64,000 nucleotides of DNA from Caldisphaera sp. (GTDB taxonomy: Archaea; Thermoproteota; Thermoprotei_A; Sulfolobales; Acidilobaceae), in NCBI GenBank assembly GCA_049971805.1, contig JBMFKU010000003.1, positions 21,288 through 85,287 on the forward strand. The letters are read 5' to 3'. Each line of letters starts with the position of its first letter. Positions within the stretch are counted from its first letter, which is position 1. This document shows positions 10,529 to 19,438 of the stretch, one piece after another. The translations under genes were made by a program, and so were the position numbers. The notes under the pieces were generated by a model, which saw only the letters and a list, made by a program, of their open reading frames with translations, did no database searches and was not told the DNA's origin.

Positions 10529-11383
10529 TTAGCAAATTTTCTCGCAATCTTTTTTGGGTAGCTCATTTAATCTTCCTTCAGCATATGCATAGACATTATG
10601 TGGATGTATGCTTTCAAAACTTATTGCTTCGGCCTTTATTATGGTGTTTTCTGGTAGTTTATCTGATATGCATCTAAGATATTTAATTGCATCTCTAACT
10701 ACATCTTCAACAAATTTGGGATTTTTATGAGCGCTTATAACTAAATTTGCTTCTTGATATCTTTTTAACAGTGTAAAGGATGGAGCAGAAAATGCAAATG
10801 ACAAGCATTTGGCCATATCTTCTATTCTCACTAAATAATTTTTGTCTGTTTCTATATAACCATATAATAATACCTTTTGGCTATGGCTTGGTGAAATTGA
10901 TTTAATGTTTAACATATTTGATATTGTTGACTGTGCACTAGGACAGACAGTCATACCATATAAACCAACATTGATAGACCATCTTTTTTTCTTTTTGCTT
11001 CCGTCAACACTTATTTGAACTTCTACTGGCTCAATGTTTGATAGCTCATTAAACTTTAAAAAAACTCCGTATTTAGTCTTTGCCTCGACTCTTGCACTTT
11101 CTGCATAATTATGAAGTGTAAGCAAAGAACTGTGAATTTTTTCCAAGTATGCTTCAATACTCCATGCTTTTTCTGGAAACTCCATATTTTCTGGTAAAGC
11201 TTCAATATTTCTAGATAAATGAGCTCCTTTTCTATTTGATGGTATTTCTATGTATGCATTTATTTCTAAATCAATTGGCATAGGTCCTATAGGTGATTCA
11301 ATTAAAACCCTCTTCCACAATCCCTTGAAGCCAACCCTATTAATTGGTATATTATAATCTGGCTCTTTATCTTGTATTTCCAA
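10529..11383 (-). CDS. mptA: GTP cyclohydrolase MptA/FolE2 family
   Basis: KGAHLSR, GMTVCPS, SHSQ, NPKFVEDVVR and ESIHPHN motifs. Confidence 0.88.
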   Translation of the reverse strand: MEIQDKEPDYNIPINRVGFKGLWKRVLIESPIGPMPIDLEINAYIEIPSNRKGAHLSRNIEALPENMEFPEKAWSIEAYLEKIHSSLLTLHNYAESARVEAKTKYGVFLKFNELSNIEPVEVQISVDGSKKKKRWSINVGLYGMTVCPSAQSTISNMLNIKSISPSHSQKVLLYGYIETDKNYLVRIEDMAKCLSFAFSAPSFTLLKRYQEANLVISAHKNPKFVEDVVRDAIKYLRCISDKLPENTIIKAEAISFESIHPHNVYAYAEGRLNELPKKDCEKIC

Positions 11384-12998
11384 CTAATTCACCCAAATCT
11401 ATTTCTGAGAAAACTACTGGATAATCTAAATTAAACTTTTGCAATATATATGGATTAACTTCTCCCATACAGCCTATTAATGTGTTGTTTACTTCGATTC
11501 CAGCACTTCTCCCATTTGTCATCAAGTTGCAATCAAATTTTTTAACTTTAAAGTTTACATTTAGGTTTTTTAATAAAGAATAAACAATAGCTTGAATATC
11601 CTCATATGATAGGCTTTCATCCATAATTGATATTGCAAGCTTTTCTCTTTCTTTAATTTTATTTGCTTTTTCAACTGTTTTTCCTATCTCAAAAAGCTTT
11701 ACTGGTTTATCCGACCTCTCATTATAAGCCATGGCATTAATCATCGATATAAATAATGATGGTCTAAGCGAATCATAATCTTCTTGTACTGGGTTCGATA
11801 TTATTATGTTGTTGAAAATATCTAAATTACGTAATTTATTTGAACTTACTAAAGTTAATGACAGTAATTCTGTAAAACCCAAACCAATCATTATATCCCT
11901 AATTTTTCTTTTTAGTTTTGTTGCGTTGCTAATTTCACCTTTTATTAATAATTTTGGCTTATTAGGTATTATATCGTTATAGCCGATGGCCATAGCTATC
12001 TCTTCAGTCAAATCTACTTTTTGTATAATGTCTATTCTATATGGAGGAATAATTACAATCATTTCTTTGTCATTAATAATTTTAGAATCAAATCTCATTC
12101 TTTGCAAATGATAATTAATTTCTTCTATTGATAGAGATGTACCTAGTATTTTGTTTACATATTCTTTTTCTAGTGATATATTCTCTTTTTTTAATAAAGG
12201 AGTTTCCTTTTCATAATTGGCATTTTTTATTTTAATTTTCTTTACCTTTGATCCTTTTATTTCAGAAAGATTTGAAATGATAATGTCAAGTGTTTTATCG
12301 ACATAGAATTCATCGGTTCCAGTAATGTCTATTAATATATTTTTCGTATCAGGCTCTAATCTTGTTATATCTGAATTTATTACTGGGGGTAGCGATATAA
12401 TTTCATCTCCGGATAGAAATGCAGGATGAAGCTCATCTTTTAGGCTAATATTTCCATATTTTATACCCTGCTCTGTTGTTTTTAATAGATCCTTTACCTT
12501 TAGTCTTTTATTATAACCTAAAGGAACCATCTCAGCATTATTAATGTTTATATATTTATATTTTAATTCTTTTGAAGGCACTTTATTTAGATCATGAATT
12601 CCAATGGCTATTTTTCTCCTTTTTCTTCCTATACCATCATGGAGCTTTTCTTGAAACTGTATTAACTCGCTTATATAACTACTTAAATCTAAATTTGAGA
12701 CAATAGCACCTGCTATATATGGTCTAATATTAGGCTGTTCATTTATTAATACAAATTCATTATTTTCAGTATTTATTTCTTTATAACCCAATTCAAGATT
12801 CATAATACCTCTAACTGCTCTTCCTATACCTTCACCTATGTACATATCTGGCCTATCTGGATTTATTTCAACTTCTAATATATTATCATTAGATATTGAG
12901 GTTTCACATTTAAGTGAAAAGAGAGCTTCTTGCAGGGTATTTATATCAACTCCTGTTATTTCAATTAATCTATTTGCATCGAATTTCAAAACTGGCAA
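11367..12998 (-). CDS. pheT: Phenylalanine--tRNA ligase beta subunit
   Basis: PDRPD, QEKLH..GRKRRKIAIGIHD, PPVINS and PPYRIDI..DLTEEIA motifs. Confidence 0.95.
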   Translation of the reverse strand: MPVLKFDANRLIEITGVDINTLQEALFSLKCETSISNDNILEVEINPDRPDMYIGEGIGRAVRGIMNLELGYKEINTENNEFVLINEQPNIRPYIAGAIVSNLDLSSYISELIQFQEKLHDGIGRKRRKIAIGIHDLNKVPSKELKYKYININNAEMVPLGYNKRLKVKDLLKTTEQGIKYGNISLKDELHPAFLSGDEIISLPPVINSDITRLEPDTKNILIDITGTDEFYVDKTLDIIISNLSEIKGSKVKKIKIKNANYEKETPLLKKENISLEKEYVNKILGTSLSIEEINYHLQRMRFDSKIINDKEMIVIIPPYRIDIIQKVDLTEEIAMAIGYNDIIPNKPKLLIKGEISNATKLKRKIRDIMIGLGFTELLSLTLVSSNKLRNLDIFNNIIISNPVQEDYDSLRPSLFISMINAMAYNERSDKPVKLFEIGKTVEKANKIKEREKLAISIMDESLSYEDIQAIVYSLLKNLNVNFKVKKFDCNLMTNGRSAGIEVNNTLIGCMGEVNPYILQKFNLDYPVVFSEIDLGELVGNTR

Positions 12999-13003
12999 AT
13001 TTA

Positions 13004-14440
13004 TTACCTCCTTGTTCTGAATTCTCTTAGAAAATTATAATCCTGGGAATAAAGTAGTCTTATATCGCTAATATTTAATCTTGCCATTGCTAATCTTTCT
13101 ACCCCCATTCCCCATGCTCCAACAGGATAATCAACCCCTACCATACTTAACACTTCCGGTCTAAATAAACCAGCACCAAATAATTCTATCCACTTTCCAC
13201 TTATGTTTGCATATCCTTCAACACTTGGTTCGGTAAATGGGAAATAACCTGGTTTAAATTTTATATCAAGCCCTAATCTACTAGCAAACTCTTTTAAAAA
13301 TCCTAATAAATCTTTAAATGTATAATTCGAATCACCCATTATACCATCCAATTGATAAAATTCTGGTAGGTGAGAAGAGTCTACAACATCACTTCTGTAA
13401 ACTTTCCCAATAGTAAAATATCTTATTGGGGGCTGTGGATTTGTTAACAAAGTTCTTATGGAAACAGATGTAGTTTGGCTTCTTAATATTAATCTGGCTG
13501 ATATTTCTGGGTTAAACTTGTACTTCCATCCTTTTTCGTGTACATATGAAACCTTTTTAACTAAATCCATTAATTCATCTATATTGCCTTTTTGCGGCTC
13601 TTTTATCCATAAGGTATCGTGTATTTCTCTTGCTGGATGATCTTGCGGCTGAAATAGTAAGTCAAAGTTGAAAAGTTCCATTTCTATTATTGGACCCTCT
13701 GTTTCTTTAAATCCTAACTCCTTCATTATATCTTTAAGTTCCTCTATAAATTCAGAAAAGTAATGTTTCTTCGCTGGATAAATCTTTGGAGGATCAGCTG
13801 TTATATCATATTCTCTTAACTTTATTTCTTTATATAATCCCTTTGAAAGTATCTCATGATTTAATCTCGATACTAAAATTTCAACCTTATTAATAGAGTT
13901 TTTATCTACTTTTACAATTACTTCTTTTTCTATTACTTCTTTTATTAGTCCCCTGGATATTAATTCTTTTTTTAAATTTTCATCAAACTTTAAATACATT
14001 AATGACTTCTTAGTTTCCTCAATTGTTCTTTTTGCCTCTTCTAAAGGAACTTTTAGCTCTACAATATTATTATTTATAGAGATTAGCCCTTTTTTCCTTG
14101 CCTGACCAAGAGCTATGTCTGCATCTTTTAATAAATTTTTTATATCAGATACATTCAAATTTTTGTTATTAGATAATAAAGTAATCAGTTTTTCTTCAGG
14201 AAGGCCTTTTTCTAAATTTTCTTTTCCTTTATCAGTTAATATATATTTGGTTATTTTATTTTCGTATGTTTTTACTAAAGATTTTGACTCTAAGAGCTTT
14301 ATAAGGCTTGCTAATTTGCTTTTATCTATATGCAAAACATTTTCTACATTATTTAGAGAAAATTCGTATAACTTTAACTCGTTTATCTTTTTTAAGAGCA
14401 CATATTCACTTTCGCTAACTGGTATTTTGTCTTCTTGCAT
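13004..14440 (-). CDS. pheS: Phenylalanine--tRNA ligase alpha subunit
   Basis: NFDLLFQPQDHPAREIHDT, HLPEFYQ, YFPFTEPS and AWGMGVERL motifs. Confidence 0.96.
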   Translation of the reverse strand: MQEDKIPVSESEYVLLKKINELKLYEFSLNNVENVLHIDKSKLASLIKLLESKSLVKTYENKITKYILTDKGKENLEKGLPEEKLITLLSNNKNLNVSDIKNLLKDADIALGQARKKGLISINNNIVELKVPLEEAKRTIEETKKSLMYLKFDENLKKELISRGLIKEVIEKEVIVKVDKNSINKVEILVSRLNHEILSKGLYKEIKLREYDITADPPKIYPAKKHYFSEFIEELKDIMKELGFKETEGPIIEMELFNFDLLFQPQDHPAREIHDTLWIKEPQKGNIDELMDLVKKVSYVHEKGWKYKFNPEISARLILRSQTTSVSIRTLLTNPQPPIRYFTIGKVYRSDVVDSSHLPEFYQLDGIMGDSNYTFKDLLGFLKEFASRLGLDIKFKPGYFPFTEPSVEGYANISGKWIELFGAGLFRPEVLSMVGVDYPVGAWGMGVERLAMARLNISDIRLLYSQDYNFLREFRTRR

Positions 14441-14522
14441 CTTTTACACCTATATACCATCAAATATATGATATTGAATTACAATTTAATAGTTTATTTT
14501 TTATAAATAAAATTATCATCTA

Positions 14523-14745
14523 TTATATTAACAATAAGAAAATTTGCAATTTGGAAAAAATATACATAGTTAAATTTAATAGACTTTTATTATAAAATTT
14601 TTTTAAAGATGTTACTAATATAAAAAGATTTAAATATCTCATGCATTAATTCATGGTATTTCTTGTGACATAAGTTAATAGATTTGTTTAGATATAAGCC
14701 CTTTTGAAAATTAGTGAAGTTCTATATTGATAGTACAATTTCTCA
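14523..14745. repeat. Direct repeat copy 1 (~220 bp; 115 bp core at 14566-14680)
   Basis: The core matches 18431-18545 at 112/115 positions by manual alignment; flanks are recognisably similar but more diverged. Confidence 0.92.
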
Positions 14746-15771
14746 TTGATTTAAGTTTATTTTTCTTTTAGATATATAGATTATTGAATCATCATCTATT
14801 ATTTCTTCTTTTGGAGGATTTATTCTTAATCCCTTTGGGCCTCTAATTGCTAGTGGAAGTGCTCCTTTATTCGTAATAAAATCAGATATTTCTTTATATT
14901 TTTTGCCGTGCATCCATTGAGGTAATTTTTCTTCAAAAATTTCATCTCCAGATTTTGATGTTAATATTAAATCAATTACTTCTGCTGTGCCAGGATTTTC
15001 TAGCGTTCTTGATATTAACTTAGCAGAAACATAGCCTCTTATTATAAATTCATATATACCCACCAATTTCGCATAATTTTCACTTTCCTTGCTTAAAAGT
15101 TCCAATACTATATGGCTATTTGCATTAAGTTTTTTAATCATAATTCCTGCTAGTATTGATTTTGCATCTATGCCTGCCGGTGAACTTTTATCATCTTTGT
15201 CTGCTAATATTATGACTCCGTAAGCATTTTTTATTCCAGCTCTAATTAGGTCAGACTCTTTGAGACAAGTACCTCTTACAAATTCTATTTCATTTAAAGG
15301 TGGTGAGTCTTTGTCTGCTAATATAACTAGTTCATCTCTGCTTTGGTTTTTTAATTCCTTTACTAATTCTTCCCCAATTTCGTTCCAATTGCATATTATT
15401 ATATGATCTTCTTTTTTCACTTTAATTTCGCCAAGCCTTTTGGCTAAACTGGATTCTATCATTATATTTGTAAAGCTAGCAATAAATAAGCTTAATGTAC
15501 CAATACCCGTTAGCATTAAAAATACAGCGTTTATTCTACCCCAGAATGTTACAACGGGTGTATCTCCATAACCAACAGTCGTAATTGTTTGCATGACGAA
15601 CCAAAAACTATCAAAAATGGATTTTATACCAGAACTTGGAGCCTTTCTCTCGAGAAAGTATTCCGAAAATGTTCCATATATTATAATTGCTATTAAAATA
15701 ATAGTAATCTTTATTGTATTATTTCTTAAGAACTTTCTAAATTTAACTAAAAACGCATATATTGGTATCGT
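14743..15771 (-). CDS. MthK-like potassium channel (2TM pore plus RCK/TrkA-N domain); start extended to ACG at 15771
   Basis: TVGYGD filter and RCK domain. The open frame upstream of Met at 15594 encodes TM1 and the pore helix (IILIAIIIYGTF...IFDSFWFV) without any ATG/GTG/TTG. Confidence 0.85.
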   Translation of the reverse strand, partial: TIPIYAFLVKFRKFLRNNTIKITIILIAIIIYGTFSEYFLERKAPSSGIKSIFDSFWFVMQTITTVGYGDTPVVTFWGRINAVFLMLTGIGTLSLFIASFTNIMIESSLAKRLGEIKVKKEDHIIICNWNEIGEELVKELKNQSRDELVILADKDSPPLNEIEFVRGTCLKESDLIRAGIKNAYGVIILADKDDKSSPAGIDAKSILAGIMIKKLNANSHIVLELLSKESENYAKLVGIYEFIIRGYVSAKLISRTLENPGTAEVIDLILTSKSGDEIFEEKLPQWMHGKKYKEISDFITNKGALPLAIRGPKGLRINPPKEEIIDDDSIIYISKRKINLNQ

Positions 15772-15777
15772 ATTTGG

Positions 15778-18312
15778 TCACTCCTTTTTCTTTAGAATAT
15801 AAAATAAAAATGGTGATATTGAATAAAAAGCTAATAATTGAATAGGCATAGAGGGAAGAATTATGCAGATTGCTAATGGTATTAATAAGCCAAATTCTTT
15901 AATATTGCTGTAACCTTTTTTATAATAAAGTGCTAATAGTATAGTAATTAAAATATCAGTTAAAATTAAATAAATTGGATTAATGTTTAGAATATATCCT
16001 AAGCTATAATTCCCTTTTATCTTGTATAGTAATTGCATAAATCCATATTTGAAAAAGTTTTGAGATGTTATTGAAAAAATAGAAATTATGAAAGCCAAAG
16101 AGGTTAGCAAAGCAGAAATAAATTTATTAAAGCTGTTATTGAATTCATAGTATATATATATTAAGTAAAAAGGCATTGAAATAATAAACTGTGGATATAT
16201 TAATATAGATAATGAATAAATAATACCTGACAGGATAGAGTTATAATATAACAAGACAATTGATATTATCAATATAGATAATGAAATAGTAATAATAATG
16301 CTATTCATAAAAAATATTATTGATATATAAAAAGTCATTAAAATACCAATAATTAATAAAGGATCTTTATTATTTTTGACAGAAATGATTCCTACAAGTG
16401 TTATTGCTATTGCAAATAAAATTGAAGAATATATGTGCGAAGGTATATTTAACATTATTGCAGGCAAATAAGATATTGCTAATCCTGGTAAATAATCATA
16501 GACCGTTACATTATTCCATGAATTTCTTGTTGTATTATAAAATAGCGAGAATTTTTTTTGTGGATCTAATGAGTTTAAATTTAAAGGATTTTGAGTATAT
16601 GGAATAGACTCAACTAAATAACCAAATGTCTTGTCATTAAGAATGGATCTATAATAATTAAGGTTATAAGGATTGTGCAATTTAGTTATTGACATAGCTG
16701 CTAATTCCATAGCTATTTCTTGTGAACTTTGATATCCTCTTGATACTATAAAGAGAGATATTTGTGGGAAAAACCTTGATGCTAAAATACCAGTCAAAAT
16801 TAAGAGAGATAGAAATATAAAAGTCATTATTTTTGGATTATATCTTGAATTTATTTTGTCTGAACCTATAAAGAAAGTTATTAAGGATATGCCTAGAACA
16901 GCTAACAAACCAAGTATTAATAATAATAATGATAATTGTAATACATAAGATACCATCATTATTATTACAGATGAAAGGAGGAGAATAAATGTATAAATTG
17001 TCCAATTATTACTTATTGTATTTTTTTCGAAATAATTTTCTTTTTTGTTTAAGGATGTTGCATAAGCTATTATTGAAATTAAGGGAAACCACATATAGTA
17101 AATTGGTAGAGGCCTATAATAAAATAAGAATGCTATACTTGGAATGATGAGTCCAGAATATTTTAATTTATTATAAAATTTAAAATAAACTAATAAGCCT
17201 AGTAGTATTATTGATATAAATAATAAAGTATAAAATAACTTAGGAAGATCTATATTGAATTCATATAGTGATGACAATCCTGCTCCGATTGGCATTAAAT
17301 TTGAATCAATAGGCAGCAAAACACTTTTAATGAATTGATGGGGGCTTAGTAAAAGGAATGGTAAATTAATGGCTAATCCAGAAATTAAAAAGCCAGTAAT
17401 CATCTTTTTAATGTTATATTTTTCATGATATGCTGCAACGATAAAAAATAAAAACAACACACCTGCAGTCTCACGATACGATGTAGCTAAACCAAATAAT
17501 GCTCCAGATATTAATGGATAATCAACATATGCTATTGCTATAAGTGATGGAGCTAACCATCCTACAACAGGACTAAAGGCTATTGGTTCTCCTACAAATA
17601 AAAAAGAAGCACTAGCTATTATTAAGGGAAATAAAGTTTTATATGGTTCTTTGCTTTTTCTATATACCAAAAATAATGATATTGCTAGTATTATAGCATC
17701 GTAAATCTGTCTAGGGATATTAAGTATAACTTTAGGTAAATAATATAACATAGCAAATGATAGATAATCATAGGTAGATACAAATCCAATTATATGGCTT
17801 GCTATAAATGGAGGAGAGTTTTTGAATAGATACGTATAATCAGGAAATGAACCCTTGCTTATCAGATAACTTGTAAAATTAGCTAAATAGGGATTTTTAC
17901 CTTTTAGCAATAATTCAGCAGCTTGCTCTTGTATTATATAAGAATCAGAATACCCCCCTATTAACGAATAAAATACCTTTAATGATGAAGAATAAAAAAT
18001 CCCAGTTATTATAATTAGAGATGCCAATGAACCAATAACTAAGAAAGATGAAATTTTTAAATTCATCTTTGTTGGGTTAATGCTTAAGAAAAGAGTTAAA
18101 ATAGAAATAAAAATTAAAACAAAGAAAATAGATAATAACCAAAATTCTGGTGATTGTATGTAAATAGGCCATCCACTATACATTCCTATATAATTGTAAG
18201 GGGTTATGGATAAGTAATAGTAAACGGCAAATCCCATTAAGTTTAAAGATACCAATAACATTAATGCTCTATTAATTTCTTTGTTATTATTTTTATTGTT
18301 TATATTAACCAC
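15778..18312 (-). CDS. Polytopic membrane protein with two tandem GT-C (GT87/DUF2029-like) glycosyltransferase modules
   Basis: Many TM segments. Repeated motif AA..L...KNPY...YDYL..A..YLP at about aa 128-195 and aa 530-620. Confidence 0.65.
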   Translation of the reverse strand: MVNINNKNNNKEINRALMLLVSLNLMGFAVYYYLSITPYNYIGMYSGWPIYIQSPEFWLLSIFFVLIFISILTLFLSINPTKMNLKISSFLVIGSLASLIIITGIFYSSSLKVFYSLIGGYSDSYIIQEQAAELLLKGKNPYLANFTSYLISKGSFPDYTYLFKNSPPFIASHIIGFVSTYDYLSFAMLYYLPKVILNIPRQIYDAIILAISLFLVYRKSKEPYKTLFPLIIASASFLFVGEPIAFSPVVGWLAPSLIAIAYVDYPLISGALFGLATSYRETAGVLFLFFIVAAYHEKYNIKKMITGFLISGLAINLPFLLLSPHQFIKSVLLPIDSNLMPIGAGLSSLYEFNIDLPKLFYTLLFISIILLGLLVYFKFYNKLKYSGLIIPSIAFLFYYRPLPIYYMWFPLISIIAYATSLNKKENYFEKNTISNNWTIYTFILLLSSVIIMMVSYVLQLSLLLLILGLLAVLGISLITFFIGSDKINSRYNPKIMTFIFLSLLILTGILASRFFPQISLFIVSRGYQSSQEIAMELAAMSITKLHNPYNLNYYRSILNDKTFGYLVESIPYTQNPLNLNSLDPQKKFSLFYNTTRNSWNNVTVYDYLPGLAISYLPAIMLNIPSHIYSSILFAIAITLVGIISVKNNKDPLLIIGILMTFYISIIFFMNSIIITISLSILIISIVLLYYNSILSGIIYSLSILIYPQFIISMPFYLIYIYYEFNNSFNKFISALLTSLAFIISIFSITSQNFFKYGFMQLLYKIKGNYSLGYILNINPIYLILTDILITILLALYYKKGYSNIKEFGLLIPLAICIILPSMPIQLLAFYSISPFLFYILKKKE

Positions 18313-18390
18313 CAGGATTTATTTGTATTAATAGCAATAAATTTTTTTCTATTTTATGTTTTTCTAGTATTTATGTTAATATAATTACTT

Positions 18391-18610
18391 TTATATTAGG
18401 AATAAGAAAATTTATATTTTGGAAAAATATATAGTTAAATTTAATAGACTTTTATTATAAAATTTTTTAAAAGATGTTACTAATATAAAGAGATTTAAAT
18501 ATCTCATGCATTAATTCATGGTATTTCTTGTCACATAAGTTAATAAATAATCTTTAAATATAAATACTTTAGAAAATTGTCAAGTTCTTTATTAATAGTA
18601 AAATTCCTCA
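18391..18610. repeat. Direct repeat copy 2 (core 18431-18545)
   Basis: Same orientation and sequence as 14523-14745. Confidence 0.92.
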
Positions 18611-18682
18611 CGCAAACAAAACGGTAAATTTTTATTATTTTTTATTTCATATGTTTCTAAGTGATTGAAATGGTGATTTCAA

Positions 18683-19336
18683 ACGATCCCAAATATAACT
18701 GTTGTAACAACCACATATAATGAAGAAAATACGATTGGAACGTTAATTAGAAAAATTAAAGAGATAGATGATAAGATATTTGTAATAGTTGTAGATGATT
18801 CATCTATTGATAGAACAGCACAAATATCTAAAGAATTAGCTGATTTAACTATAGTGAAAAAAAGAGAAGGCCAAACAATAGGTCTTTATACTGGAATTAA
18901 ACTTGCTAAAACAAATATAGTGTTGACAATAGATGCTGACTTAGAAAACCCACCAGAATTGATTCCTTATATGATTAATGAATTTTTAAATAAAAGGTGC
19001 GATGTTTTAGTTGCATCTAGAAACAAGCTACCTAGAATTTCTGAAAAATTTACTTCATTAATTTTTAAACGTATATTTGGGATTACTGATATCTATTCAA
19101 ACTTTAGAGTTTTCAATAAAAAATGTTTCACTGATGACAAAATAAGATTAGGTGAAACATTTGGTTTAGAATTGTTAATAAAAACAAAGAAAAATAATTG
19201 TCGGTTTTGCGAAATAATATATCAATCAAAATATAGAAGAAAAAATCCAAGAATTGGTGGAATTATAAGATCTAACTTAAGAGCAACAGTCTCTACAACA
19301 AAATCTTTGTTTGGTTATTATTTTGTTTATAGATAA
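18683..19336 (+). CDS. GT2 glycosyltransferase, polyprenol-phosphate sugar synthase-like; start extended to ACG at 18683
   Basis: The in-frame region upstream of 18854 encodes ITVVTTTYNEEN and IVVDDSSIDRT; the body has TIDADLENPPE and SNFRVF. Confidence 0.85.
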   Translation, partial: TIPNITVVTTTYNEENTIGTLIRKIKEIDDKIFVIVVDDSSIDRTAQISKELADLTIVKKREGQTIGLYTGIKLAKTNIVLTIDADLENPPELIPYMINEFLNKRCDVLVASRNKLPRISEKFTSLIFKRIFGITDIYSNFRVFNKKCFTDDKIRLGETFGLELLIKTKKNNCRFCEIIYQSKYRRKNPRIGGIIRSNLRATVSTTKSLFGYYFVYR

Positions 19337-19438
19337 TGTGAATTGCATAAATATTAATTTTTAAATAAATTTATATAAGGGGTAAAAATATTGAAATGCA
19401 AAAATATGTTTAGAATTGGTTAGTAGGAGGTCTGTAGA

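Noticed and set aside
15769-15790. Stop-codon readthrough fusing the GT-C protein to the K+ channel (same frame, single TGA)
   Set aside because: An in-frame TGA follows automatically when GTGA serves as SD with a 6 nt spacer. The same geometry occurs at 45372-45383 with a normal TTG start, so separate initiation is simpler.
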